64,000 nt of DNA from a virus. Lineage: Duplodnaviria; Heunggongvirae; Uroviricota; Caudoviricetes. Shown here one piece after another: positions 21,786 through 32,070 of this stretch. The notes under the pieces are model-generated. The model made no database searches, was not told the origin of the DNA, and saw nothing but the letters and a program-made list of their open reading frames with translations. A program made the translations under genes and the position numbers. The DNA lies in the IMG/VR virus record IMGVR_UViG_3300042901_002340, one strand, 5' to 3'. The first letter of the stretch is position 1. The number at the start of each line of letters is the position of its first letter.

Positions 21786-22753
21786 ATCTTGTCGATTAAA
21801 TTTATTTTATAGTAACTCTCTACCTCCTTTTGGTGTGTTCTATCTGGCGTGTTTATTGTGTTGTATGCCATATGTAAACAAAATCCATTCCTTATAAAAA
21901 CCATATGAAGATCGTTTTTTTCCATGTATAAATTGAGTGGAACCTCGTCATAAGAATCCCTAAATAAGCTGGAATCCTCTATTATTTTTTTCCACGTTTC
22001 TGTTTTTATGAAATAGAAGCTATTACAGAAGTATGGAAATTTTAAAATCTCCATTCTGTATTCATTTTTTTCAAGTAATCTTTTTGGGTTTTTACAGATA
22101 TATTCTGCTAATTTATTATGAGCATCTATAGAAACTCTAACTGGATGTATCCCTTTGTAATGATGATTTATTTTTTTAACATCATTATAGAAATCTATTC
22201 CCCAAGTTTTTCTTTCTTTGTTCAGTACCTCATAATTTGCACCCCATAAATTCTCTATTCTAGTATCAATAAAAGTGGAATGTAGAGATTCTTTTTCATC
22301 CGTTGTACAAAAGTCTTCTATGAAAAGATCCACCGAAGGTATACCATTAGAAATAAGTGGTGCTATAAATAAATTTTTTTCGTTATTTAATATTTCTAAA
22401 TTATCTATTACATAATCCCACAAATATGAGGATATTAATATATCATCATCCATTGAGCATGAATATCTATATTCAGAATTTATTAGATATTTTATTTTAT
22501 TCAGATAATTTGTTCCGGTCTCGTCATTTTTATCCAAACATACATCTATTGAGGATAAACCGGAACTGATAAGTTCGGATGATTTTTCCTTCCATATTGA
22601 TGCTTCGTGATTATTAGAAAAACAAATAACTATAATAACTCCTGTCTTATTTTTTATTTTTTTTATTTCGTCTATTGCTCTAGTAGTGAAATCGAGACGA
22701 TCAGTATTATGTACTAGAATGTTTACTTGTAGAATTTTTTCTTCGTTAACCAT
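21782..22753 (-). CDS. Putative GT-A glycosyltransferase
   Basis: MDDDI DxD motif; paralogue of next gene (GIPSV, YKGIHP, DEVP). Confidence 0.6.
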   Translation of the reverse strand: MVNEEKILQVNILVHNTDRLDFTTRAIDEIKKIKNKTGVIIVICFSNNHEASIWKEKSSELISSGLSSIDVCLDKNDETGTNYLNKIKYLINSEYRYSCSMDDDILISSYLWDYVIDNLEILNNEKNLFIAPLISNGIPSVDLFIEDFCTTDEKESLHSTFIDTRIENLWGANYEVLNKERKTWGIDFYNDVKKINHHYKGIHPVRVSIDAHNKLAEYICKNPKRLLEKNEYRMEILKFPYFCNSFYFIKTETWKKIIEDSSLFRDSYDEVPLNLYMEKNDLHMVFIRNGFCLHMAYNTINTPDRTHQKEVESYYKINLIDKI

Positions 22754-23786
22754 AAAGTGAATTTATAAAATTTAACTCATATTCAGCAAGAGTTAAATCA
22801 GGCTTATCTATGTTACTCCCACCATTTATATTGTTTAGACACCATCTCCAATTATATGTTATATGTATTGCATAACCACCCATTATCACTAAGTGCGGAA
22901 GATTATTATCCCATGAATATCTATTAATTGGTACCTCGTCACATCCATCTATGATAAGATTTTCTACGTTTATTATTCTATCATAATTATCAGTTTTTAT
23001 AACAAAACACATATCGCAGAGATATGTCGAGGGATCCAATTTACTAATACTGCATTCTTTCTCTTCGAAGAATTTTTCCCTGTTATTTATTATGCCTTCA
23101 TTTATTAGAGAATTACCGAATCCATGTCTTATCGGATGGATTCCTTTATAGAACTTACAGTAATTATTCCCCGTTCTACCATTTCCCATATCTGGGAGTC
23201 CATCTGCATAAGAGTTTAGGTACGTGTAATAATTTTTATAATCCCAATCATTTTCATTATTAACAGATTGACAATTTAATGGTGTGTAATCCATTACGCC
23301 CTCTTGTATATGAAATAGACATTTTTTAAATTCTGATCTTATACGTGTTGCATCATCCTCGTTGAAGAAATCATCTATGAAATATTCTACCGATGGTATA
23401 CCTGTTGATATAGTTGGGGATAAAGTTAAAACAGAATCGTCATCAAGAACATTAAGATTAGATATAATATGATTTATTGTATATGCAGGGATAAGTACAT
23501 CATTATCCAATTTCAATATGTATTTATATCCATTGGTTTTTGAATATTCTATAGCATATCTGACTTTTGGTAGATAATTGCTCTGCGGACAATCGACGTA
23601 TGCGCACTCGAAGTCTATTCCGGAATCGGTGAGATTTTCTGTGTAGTAAGAAGAATCGGGATCAGAATTTACTATCAGTAACTTGATCTCTTTTATTTGC
23701 CCACATTTTTCTATTTCTTTTTTAATTTTATCAAAAACAAAATATCTATCGTTGCTCGTTAGATAAAATATTAATAGTTTATTCAT
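22746..23786 (-). CDS. Putative GT-A glycosyltransferase
   Basis: KLDNDV DxD motif; shares GIPSV, YKGIHP, DEVP with previous gene. Confidence 0.6.
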   Translation of the reverse strand: MNKLLIFYLTSNDRYFVFDKIKKEIEKCGQIKEIKLLIVNSDPDSSYYTENLTDSGIDFECAYVDCPQSNYLPKVRYAIEYSKTNGYKYILKLDNDVLIPAYTINHIISNLNVLDDDSVLTLSPTISTGIPSVEYFIDDFFNEDDATRIRSEFKKCLFHIQEGVMDYTPLNCQSVNNENDWDYKNYYTYLNSYADGLPDMGNGRTGNNYCKFYKGIHPIRHGFGNSLINEGIINNREKFFEEKECSISKLDPSTYLCDMCFVIKTDNYDRIINVENLIIDGCDEVPINRYSWDNNLPHLVIMGGYAIHITYNWRWCLNNINGGSNIDKPDLTLAEYELNFINSLYG

Positions 23787-23848
23787 TTTTATTTTTTATA
23801 TTGTTGTATATTTCAGTCTTTTAAATGATATGCTGGTAAAATGTGATT

Positions 23849-25204
23849 TCATTCCTTATGATTTTCTAGATAGTGTCCTAAATCTTCAGGAGTTCCCAAC
23901 CCCCACATTCCTGTTGAATTGAATGTCCTTATTTTTAATCCTCTTTTTATAGCTTGATTAAATACAGGGCAAACATAGAATTCATTATTATTTCTTATAT
24001 TTAGATCTATCATTTCTTCTGCACATTCTACAAAATCTGATCCTCTTTTCCAGTAATAATATCCAACAGTTGCAATATCAGAGATTGGATTTTTCTCTGC
24101 AACTTCGGTCACCAATCCCATATCGTCAACTTTTGCAAATGACCATTTTGGGTGAGTTGCAGTAAAAGTTACTATTCCTCCATCCGCATTTGTCTCATTC
24201 ATTTTATACATAAACTCGTTGGAATCCCATTCTACAAACTGATCGGAGTTTGCAAAAAATAAAGGTGAATTATTATTTATATGTTCTTTTGCTAGCAAAC
24301 TGGTACAAGCTGCTCCCTCTGTTATACCATCTGTCTCGACTATTTTACATCCTGGTGTTATTAAGTTTAGGAGTGTATCCAAATTATATTTTTCCCTGTG
24401 TGATTTTTGTACTATATAGATATAGTTTGCATCGATGTTTAAATTTTCTACCACCAATTGGATCATTGGTTTTTTGTTAACCTCTATTAAAGGTTTAGGG
24501 AAAGTATAACCTGCTTTTTCGAATCTACTCCCCGCTCCCGCCATGGGAATTAATATATTTAGCTTTTCGTCTTTCCATTTAGGTATTAAATTCATAATTT
24601 TTTTGTTTATTTTATTTTTTATATTTATATAGGTTACATCTGCTGGCGAATCTACTCTTAATATATCGGCTCTACTCCTTGAAGCTGCCAGAAGCCCGTA
24701 GGGCGAATCCTCTATTATTAATGTTTCCTCTGGGATAAATCCTAATCTAGACATTGCTTTCCAATATATTTCAGGGTGTGGCTTGCTATTGATTACATCT
24801 TCATTAGATAATATAAGATCAAAATTTTGGATTATTCCCAATTTGGATAGAACTATTAATACTGTTTTTTTGATGCTATTTGAACAAACTGCAAGTTTGT
24901 AACCTTCGTCGGAAAGTCTTTGCATGCATATTTTTAGATTCTCTGATTCAACTATATTTAATAGTTCAGCTGATGTATATTTTTGTTTATCCTCCCATAT
25001 TTTTTTGTATGATTCCTTTGGTAATCCTTTTCTTTCTGTTAGAATCTCAAGTTTTTGGTTTGTTTTCAATCCATCATATATGGATAAATGTTCATCCCAA
25101 TTTATTGTATATTCTTCACCTAAAGCCCTATTTAGTGCATCATAGTGTATATTTTTAGCTTCTACTAGAACACCATCTAAATCAAATATTATCAATTTTT
25201 TCAT
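23849..25204 (-). CDS. HAD phosphatase fused to sugar nucleotidyltransferase
   Basis: N-terminal FDLDGVL, KPHP, IEDS; C-terminal IPMAGAGSRF...PKPLI, AEKNPIS, GLGTPEDL. Confidence 0.9.
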   Translation of the reverse strand: MKKLIIFDLDGVLVEAKNIHYDALNRALGEEYTINWDEHLSIYDGLKTNQKLEILTERKGLPKESYKKIWEDKQKYTSAELLNIVESENLKICMQRLSDEGYKLAVCSNSIKKTVLIVLSKLGIIQNFDLILSNEDVINSKPHPEIYWKAMSRLGFIPEETLIIEDSPYGLLAASRSRADILRVDSPADVTYINIKNKINKKIMNLIPKWKDEKLNILIPMAGAGSRFEKAGYTFPKPLIEVNKKPMIQLVVENLNIDANYIYIVQKSHREKYNLDTLLNLITPGCKIVETDGITEGAACTSLLAKEHINNNSPLFFANSDQFVEWDSNEFMYKMNETNADGGIVTFTATHPKWSFAKVDDMGLVTEVAEKNPISDIATVGYYYWKRGSDFVECAEEMIDLNIRNNNEFYVCPVFNQAIKRGLKIRTFNSTGMWGLGTPEDLGHYLENHKE

Positions 25205-25983
25205 TATCTATATCCTAAATATTTATAATTTTCTGGAGTTGACGATAAAGGTCTTGCTTCATTTCCGCTATGTGAATCATATTCTCTAAAAAAATCGGAG
25301 GAAAATTGTTTATCTTTTAATGATTTAACTATTGAAAACTCATTCATTACATATTTATGTTTTTTTACTAATGCCCTTCCTTCCCTAAAATCATTTATAT
25401 TCTTCAACCATACCGGAGGAAATCCTCCTAAGACTCTTTTACTCCATTCTATATCTTCTCCTTCACCCCACACGAAATTCTCATCCAATGGAAATTCATC
25501 CATTACCTTTTTCTTACCTATCCAAAAATTTCCTGGAATGTACATTCCTTCGGATCCTATGTAATCATACGGTAATATCACGTTTCCATATATCCTATCA
25601 TCTGGTAGTCCTATCCAATCTATTGATCTTTTCCCATCCGAGTTTAATATTCTATTCATACATAAATCCCAATCATCGCCGAATTTCAGAAAATTAAGAT
25701 ACCAATTTTCATCTAAAATAAGATAATCGTGCATATAAACTATGATATCGAATTTAGATTCCTTTGTTATTAAATTCTTTTTTTTCGTTATCCATAAATT
25801 TCTTATGGTCTCATCAAATGGTATGACTCTTATTTGCTCAGATTCTTCTAATGAACAATTACCTATTATCAATATCTCGTATAAATTTTTATCAATATTT
25901 TGGCCTTCTATGCTTAATATGACTGAATCTATATAACTGTTGGTGTTTTCGGAAGTTATTATACCGAATGTTATTCCTTTCAT
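25204..25983 (-). CDS. GT-A (GT2-like) glycosyltransferase
   Basis: ITFGIIT, YEILII, MHDY, WGEGEDIEWS. Confidence 0.7.
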   Translation of the reverse strand: MKGITFGIITSENTNSYIDSVILSIEGQNIDKNLYEILIIGNCSLEESEQIRVIPFDETIRNLWITKKKNLITKESKFDIIVYMHDYLILDENWYLNFLKFGDDWDLCMNRILNSDGKRSIDWIGLPDDRIYGNVILPYDYIGSEGMYIPGNFWIGKKKVMDEFPLDENFVWGEGEDIEWSKRVLGGFPPVWLKNINDFREGRALVKKHKYVMNEFSIVKSLKDKQFSSDFFREYDSHSGNEARPLSSTPENYKYLGYR

Positions 25984-25988
25984 ATTTT

Positions 25989-26702
25989 TTATCTTGTTAA
26001 TTTTACAAGTGTATGTGGGAGATTTTTATTTTTATACATCGATAATTTTTCTAAATAATTGGAATATTCGATTTCATTATTTTCTAATATTGCTTTTTTC
26101 TCTACCCCAAATCCAGTGAGGGATTTGCACTTTACGTTATACATTTTTTTATACGAAAATCCAAATTCTTTAGCTCTAAAACTTAAATCACCGTCGCAAT
26201 AATAGTATTTATATGACGTATCATACATTCCTATTTCTCTAAATATTTTTTTATTATAGATACCATAATTTAGAACCAATTCTTTTTCGTCATCATAAAT
26301 CACATATTCTTTATCATTTTTTCCCCTCCATGAGAAAATATAAAAATCTTCATTTGCTTCTTTTGATATCTCCTGAATTACTAGATCCCAATGGGTTTCC
26401 ATTATAACATCATCGTTCCATTGGCATACCCATTCATGAGAGGAATTTTCTATCCCCAGATTCATATAATGCCAATAATAGCTTCTTTTTCCACATTCTA
26501 TAAATTTAATTCTATCGTGATTTAAACTTTTTATGTATTCTATGGTACCATCGGTAGACCCACCATCAACTAAAACTAATTCTAAATATTTGTTAGAATT
26601 TACTGTGTTGTCGATTACCATTTTTAAATAATCTAATCTATCTAAAGTCCCAGTTACTATACTTATCATTTCTATTTTCTTATATAAAATGCATCTCCCC
26701 AT
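25989..26702 (-). CDS. GT2 glycosyltransferase
   Basis: LVDGGSTDGT, NDD, IGMYD, DGDLSFR; true start probably MISIV. Confidence 0.85.
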   Translation of the reverse strand: MGRCILYKKIEMISIVTGTLDRLDYLKMVIDNTVNSNKYLELVLVDGGSTDGTIEYIKSLNHDRIKFIECGKRSYYWHYMNLGIENSSHEWVCQWNDDVIMETHWDLVIQEISKEANEDFYIFSWRGKNDKEYVIYDDEKELVLNYGIYNKKIFREIGMYDTSYKYYYCDGDLSFRAKEFGFSYKKMYNVKCKSLTGFGVEKKAILENNEIEYSNYLEKLSMYKNKNLPHTLVKLTR

Positions 26703-27295
26703 TCGAAAGGAGTAATTTCTGTTTCTACCCTTTCAAACCCATGCGAATTTAGAAAATCGTCCATTTCTTTTAATGTGTTATTTTCCTTATAAACTTCTCC
26801 TGTGTTTATTTCGGTGTATATGTATTTAATATTTTTAATATAATCACCAAGTCCCTTCAATGCTTTTAATTCCACCCCTTGTATGTCAAGATTTATAAAA
26901 TTGAATTCCTCCGGTGATATATTCTCTCTATCCATAAGACTTCTGATGGTTGATGTTTTCATTTTAATTTTATGTGTAAACTCAACATGTGGGTGGTATT
27001 CCAGATGTTTACCAAATTCTAATATTGATGACGATTGAAGATTATTTGTTATATTAAAATCCAATTCAATTCCATCCTCATCGTAAATTAGAGCATTAAA
27101 AAGTTTTTGATTTGAATCTTTTATTTTTTTACATCCATCCTCTATTAAAGAGGGATTTCCCTCTATCCATATTATATTATTTACCCCCATTCCCATGTAA
27201 TCGCTAATTTCTTCGAGCTCATGAGCCCCTACATGAATAATACCTGATGGTATAAATTGATATTTTTCACAGATATCTTTAAATTTTATTAGCAT
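26672..27295 (-). CDS. FkbM family methyltransferase
   Basis: IIHVGAH, SSSIL, NLDIQGVELKALKG, YTE, WGDAFY. Confidence 0.9.
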   Translation of the reverse strand: MLIKFKDICEKYQFIPSGIIHVGAHELEEISDYMGMGVNNIIWIEGNPSLIEDGCKKIKDSNQKLFNALIYDEDGIELDFNITNNLQSSSILEFGKHLEYHPHVEFTHKIKMKTSTIRSLMDRENISPEEFNFINLDIQGVELKALKGLGDYIKNIKYIYTEINTGEVYKENNTLKEMDDFLNSHGFERVETEITPFEWGDAFYIRK

Positions 27296-27302
27296 AGCTT
27301 AT

Positions 27303-28004
27303 TTATTTTATATTATTTTTAGTTAATATATCATGTACAGTAAATGGTAGTTTCTTTGCATTAAAATTACTTCCTGTATGAATTCTATGAGAAACTAGAA
27401 TTTTTTGTATATTATGGAATGTTTTGTTTTGTTTGTATAATCTTATCCAAAAGTCAAAATCTTCCATTCCCTCTACATCCTCGTCCCATCCCCCTATTTC
27501 TATTGCATCGGAGGTTCTAAATAAAGATGATGAATTTACTATCTGATTATGGCCAGCGAGAAATCCACTCTTTATGTCAATATCATTTTGATCTAAATTT
27601 AGAATGTTTGTTTTATTGTTATTTTTATCTATATAATATGCTAGTGTACCAATTACATCAAAATTTTTACAAATAGCTACCTGTTCAGATAATTTATTTA
27701 TTTCCCATATATCATCTCCGTCTATCAGTGAGATATATTCGGTATCTATTATTTTTAGTAGCTTATTAAGAGTTTTTGCCTTACCTTTATCATCACCATA
27801 GTCAACTATCGTGAATCTCTGATCTGTCTCTATTAGTGATTTTGCTATTTCTTTGCTAGAATCCACCGTCCCGTTGAATGCTATTATACATTTGAAGTCT
27901 TTGAATTTCTGAGCTAGTATACTTTCTATTGTGTATCCAAGGTATGCCTCATCATTATATACGGGCAGAAGTATTGTTACGCTATCCATCATATAATAAT
28001 CCAA
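27303..28004 (-). CDS. GT2 glycosyltransferase
   Basis: LLPVYN, SILAQ, DGDD, EDFDFWIR. Confidence 0.9.
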   Translation of the reverse strand: MDYYMMDSVTILLPVYNDEAYLGYTIESILAQKFKDFKCIIAFNGTVDSSKEIAKSLIETDQRFTIVDYGDDKGKAKTLNKLLKIIDTEYISLIDGDDIWEINKLSEQVAICKNFDVIGTLAYYIDKNNNKTNILNLDQNDIDIKSGFLAGHNQIVNSSSLFRTSDAIEIGGWDEDVEGMEDFDFWIRLYKQNKTFHNIQKILVSHRIHTGSNFNAKKLPFTVHDILTKNNIK

Positions 28005-28783
28005 TTTTCACAATATACATCACTTGGATTCTTTTGCATATAAGGTCCAAACCAATTTGAAGGTGCTATCGTTTTTTTACTGTTAGCTAACCAAGAACCC
28101 CACCAACTGAATGAACTATTTGCTATTATATGACCATGGCATAATGACATTAAATACATATCAATATAGGGGCTTCCTGATTCAACTATTGTTGAATTAT
28201 TGATGTGTAGGTTCTGTCTGCACCATTCTGGATCATCGGAAAATATATAAAAATTTGAATTTGTATCGAAGTGTCCTGCTGCCTTCATATAATATTCTAC
28301 GCTCTGAGTTGGATGATGTCCAGGTGAAGTTAGGTAATCTCCTCTTCTAACATGAACAGAAACACCGTTTTCTATATCTATATGACTCTTTGAATCATCT
28401 ATAATATCATCTCTGAATGTGAATATTTCTCTTATTTCTGAATCTATGAACTTGAAGTACTTTTCGGTTTGAAAGTATCCCGATAATGAAGTCGAATCTG
28501 GTAGTGTTCCCGTTTGTGTATTAAATCCGAAATCTGTTTCGTAATATATGTGATTTATCGGTATTTCACCGCTTGTCTTTATTAGATTTTTTGGTATATT
28601 AAAACATTCCAATAATTTGCATCCATCATATGAATTCGGATCTGAACCCTGCTGAAATCTTTCAGCGGGAAAAACTGGATCAAATCCAAGTTTTCTAGCT
28701 ATTCCTATGGTTGAAGCAAATTGAAACATTTGATTACCAAATCTTCCCATGTGTCCAATATTATTAAAAGTTATCATAATCAA
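27989..28783 (-). CDS. Family 11 alpha-1,2-fucosyltransferase
   Basis: GRFGNQMFQFA, GYFQTEKYF, HVRRGDY, FSDDPEWC, IIANSSFSWWG. Confidence 0.93.
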   Translation of the reverse strand: MIMITFNNIGHMGRFGNQMFQFASTIGIARKLGFDPVFPAERFQQGSDPNSYDGCKLLECFNIPKNLIKTSGEIPINHIYYETDFGFNTQTGTLPDSTSLSGYFQTEKYFKFIDSEIREIFTFRDDIIDDSKSHIDIENGVSVHVRRGDYLTSPGHHPTQSVEYYMKAAGHFDTNSNFYIFSDDPEWCRQNLHINNSTIVESGSPYIDMYLMSLCHGHIIANSSFSWWGSWLANSKKTIAPSNWFGPYMQKNPSDVYCENWIII

Positions 28784-28873
28784 TTATTTATAATTTTACT
28801 GCTTTTTTACATTTTAGTTCCGTTTCATAGGAACAAAAAGTAACAAATAATCTAAAAATATAAAAGTGAACTT

Positions 28874-29530
28874 ATGAAAAAATTATCGGTTGTTGTGCCA
28901 TATAGAGATAGGGAGGAACACCTTAAGCAATTTGTGCCATATATGGAGAAATGGTTAAAGGATGAAGAAATACCATTTGAGATAATAATAGTAAACCAGA
29001 CGGAAGGAAAGGGATTCAATAGAGCAAAGCTTTTAAATATAGGATTCAAGGAAACTGAAAATTGCGATTATCACGTTTTTCATGATGTTGATATGTTACC
29101 TACTGATTCGGATTATGATTATACTAAAGGTCCAACACATCTTGCCTCGCAAGCTGAACAGTTTGGATATAAACTTCCCTATGATGGGTACTTTGGTGGT
29201 GTTACCATCTTTGATAAACCTAGCTTTCTTAAGATAAATGGCTATTCTAATGATTATTGGGGATGGGGTGCGGAAGATGATGACGTTCTATATAGATGCT
29301 CGATAATGGAAATACCTATATATAGAAAACAGTGCAGATATAAATCATTGGATCACGAAAGAAACATAGAAAGAGAACCGTATATAAAAAACATACACAG
29401 ACTCAATAAATTTATAACTAACGCTTCGGAGAATTCCGTAATGGGGGACGGTTTATCTAATTTAGAATACACAAAAATCGAGGATAAGATGCTAACAGAG
29501 CATACAAGATTTATAACTGTTGAGATTTAA
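28874..29530 (+). CDS. Family 7 beta-1,4-galactosyltransferase-like protein
   Basis: VPYRDR, FNRAKLLNIG, FHDVD, YFGGV, NGYSNDYWGWGAEDDD; only credible plus-strand gene. Confidence 0.93.
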   Translation: MKKLSVVVPYRDREEHLKQFVPYMEKWLKDEEIPFEIIIVNQTEGKGFNRAKLLNIGFKETENCDYHVFHDVDMLPTDSDYDYTKGPTHLASQAEQFGYKLPYDGYFGGVTIFDKPSFLKINGYSNDYWGWGAEDDDVLYRCSIMEIPIYRKQCRYKSLDHERNIEREPYIKNIHRLNKFITNASENSVMGDGLSNLEYTKIEDKMLTEHTRFITVEI

Positions 29531-29739
29531 GATTCTCTTTTAAGATCACAGAGTACCCTATCGACAGTATTTATTAGATGTTCCATATTTTTACTTAGAG
29601 TATCAGGATCATCATTTTTTAGAAGATAGCTTATGGTCTCTAAAGATCCTAATGAATATGCTATTTTATTTTTAAGTATATAGTTCTCCCTTAGAAGATT
29701 GTTTGGTTCTGCTGAATTGTCGTCTGGTAAAATTCCCAT
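29527..29739 (-). CDS. Small hypothetical protein
   Basis: 70 aa ORF with A-rich leader. Confidence 0.55.
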   Translation of the reverse strand: MGILPDDNSAEPNNLLRENYILKNKIAYSLGSLETISYLLKNDDPDTLSKNMEHLINTVDRVLCDLKRES

Positions 29740-29788
29740 TTCTTTTCTTTTTATAATATATAACTAAAACAAAAAAAAAGTACAAAAC

Positions 29789-29828
29789 AAAAAAAAAGCC
29801 TAGATTTTTTGGAATCTAGGCTTTTTTT
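29789..29828. terminator. Intrinsic terminator after ClpC (bidirectional form)
   Basis: A run, gcctagatt/aatctaggc stem, T run. Confidence 0.85.
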
Positions 29829-29829
29829 A

Positions 29830-31923
29830 TTATTTTTTTGGTTTAGTTATCTTGACCTTTATTGGTGGCTGAATTCCTCCATCCTTTGTTTTATCGAATG
29901 CTAATGTTATTGTATCTCCCTCTGATACTTTAGTCTGTACCATCAAATCAGCTAAGGTGTCCTCAATATATTTTTGTATGATTCTTTTTAATGGTCTTGC
30001 TCCAAATTTTGGATTGAATCCTTCCTCGCATATCTTTTCCTTAAGGTCAGATGAAATTTTTATTTTGTAACCCAATGACTCTATTCTAGGTAAAGTTTTA
30101 TTTAATTCGACTTCAAGAATATCCAACATGTTTTCTTTACCTAATTCTTTAAAGTAAACGATGTCGTCCAATCTATTAATAAACTCGGGCGAGAATTTTT
30201 TTTCTAATTCTTTCTTTAGTAAAGCTTCGTTCTCAAATTCTTTATTATTTGATTTGGTTGATGTTACAAATCCGCTGCTTGTCCCAAATTCCGATAGTTT
30301 TCTTTGACCAACATTAGAGGTTAGTATAATCAAGGTGTTTTTGAAATTTATCTTTCTACCCTGTCCGTCTGTTAAATGACCTTCGTCAAGAATCTGTAGA
30401 AGTGTATTAAAGATTTCTGGATGTGCTTTTTCAATCTCATCAAAAAGAACTATTGAGTATGGCTTTCTTCTAACTTTTTCTGTTAGCTGTCCGCCATCTT
30501 CGTGACCAACGTATCCTGGAGGTGCTCCGAACATTTTAGTAGCATCAAACTTTTCACCATATTCACTCATGTCGATTCTTATTAGTGAATCACTTTCACC
30601 AAACATATACTTAGCAAGTTCTTTAGCTAATTGAGTTTTACCAACTCCTGTTGGACCAAGAAATAGAAATGTACCGATGGGTTTGTTTGGATCTTTTATT
30701 CCCATCCGATTTCTTAGAACTGCTCTGGATACTTTTTCTATGACATGATCCTGACCGATAACCTTACCTTTAAGCTCTGTGCTCATGTTAGCTAGCTTGA
30801 AGTTTTCGTCTTGATTTACTTTCTTAAGCGGAACCCCTGACATCATAGCTACAACCTCTGCAACCTTCTCTCCGTCTACTGTTTTCTTTTTTCCTTTTAA
30901 CCTTGTCTCCCAAAGTTTTATTTCCGATTCCAGCGACACCTCAGTGTGTCTTTGTAGATCTCTAAATTTTGCTGCACCTTCATAATCCTGTCTTTTTACA
31001 GCGAGTTGTTTGTCAATTGCTATTTGAGCTAAATTCTTTTCCAGCTTGGTTATGGTATCCGGTACTTTAACGTCGCTTAGCTGTGTTCTACTGCCCGCTT
31101 CGTCTAAAGCATCTAAAGCCTTGTCCGGAAAGTTTCGGTCCGTTATATAGCGTTCTGTGAGCTTTACGCAGTTGATTATGGCATCGTCTGTATACTTTAC
31201 GTTGTGATGATCCTCATATTTGGATTTTACACTGTTTAGTATATCTATTGTGGTTTCCATATCGGGTGGATTCACAAGTACCTTCTGGAATCTTCTTTCT
31301 AGAGCTCCGTCTTTTTCTATATGCTGACGGTATTCATTTAGTGTTGTTGCACCAATACATTGGATTTCACCTCTAGCTAAAGCAGGCTTGAACATATTTG
31401 AAGCATCTAAAGATCCCGAAGATCCTCCAGCCCCGATTATGGTGTGTAGCTCATCGATAAAAATTATGATGTCTCTATTCTTCTTAAGTTCGTCTATGAT
31501 TGATTTAATTCTTTCCTCGAATTGTCCTCTGTATTTTGTTCCAGCCACAAGAGAACCCATATCCAGAGTTAGAATTCTTTTGTTTAGTAGGGTCTGTGAA
31601 ACTTTTCTTTGTACTATCTTTAGCGCTAATCCCTCAGCTATTGCAGATTTACCAACTCCTGGTTCACCGATAAGAACCGGATTATTCTTCTTTCTCCTGG
31701 AGAGAATCTGGGAGATTCTCTCTATCTCAGGATCTCTGCCTATAATAGGATCGAGTTCACCTCTTGATGCGAGATCAGTTAAATCCGTTGAATGGGAATC
31801 AAGCACTGGGGTTTTACCTGTTCCTTTTTTGGACTTATACTCGCTTTGGTGGTCGTCCTCGTTCCCATCCGTGTATTGATCCATGGATGGTGAAATTTTC
31901 TTTTTGTAGTCTCCTCTTTTCAT
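29830..31923 (-). CDS. clpC: ClpC-type AAA+ chaperone lacking the N-terminal domain
   Basis: GEPGVGKS and GPTGVGKT Walker A motifs, UVR-like middle domain, GARPLKR. Confidence 0.93.
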   Translation of the reverse strand: MKRGDYKKKISPSMDQYTDGNEDDHQSEYKSKKGTGKTPVLDSHSTDLTDLASRGELDPIIGRDPEIERISQILSRRKKNNPVLIGEPGVGKSAIAEGLALKIVQRKVSQTLLNKRILTLDMGSLVAGTKYRGQFEERIKSIIDELKKNRDIIIFIDELHTIIGAGGSSGSLDASNMFKPALARGEIQCIGATTLNEYRQHIEKDGALERRFQKVLVNPPDMETTIDILNSVKSKYEDHHNVKYTDDAIINCVKLTERYITDRNFPDKALDALDEAGSRTQLSDVKVPDTITKLEKNLAQIAIDKQLAVKRQDYEGAAKFRDLQRHTEVSLESEIKLWETRLKGKKKTVDGEKVAEVVAMMSGVPLKKVNQDENFKLANMSTELKGKVIGQDHVIEKVSRAVLRNRMGIKDPNKPIGTFLFLGPTGVGKTQLAKELAKYMFGESDSLIRIDMSEYGEKFDATKMFGAPPGYVGHEDGGQLTEKVRRKPYSIVLFDEIEKAHPEIFNTLLQILDEGHLTDGQGRKINFKNTLIILTSNVGQRKLSEFGTSSGFVTSTKSNNKEFENEALLKKELEKKFSPEFINRLDDIVYFKELGKENMLDILEVELNKTLPRIESLGYKIKISSDLKEKICEEGFNPKFGARPLKRIIQKYIEDTLADLMVQTKVSEGDTITLAFDKTKDGGIQPPIKVKITKPKK

Positions 31924-31946
31924 AAAAAATTTTATCCTTTATTTTA

Positions 31947-31980
31947 TGCAAATATAGGATAAAATTTCGAAATATAAAAA
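31947..31980 (-). promoter_or_regulatory. Bacteroidota-type promoter (TAnnTTTG) upstream of clpC
   Basis: Minus strand TATATTTGCA (31947-31956) with upstream TTTCGAAA block shared with other sites. Confidence 0.7.
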
Positions 31981-32070
31981 ATAAATCATGATTATTTTTT
32001 AATCCATTATTTTTTATAAAATTTATTATGACGTATATGACATGAGATTTACCTCCCTATTTTAAACGAA

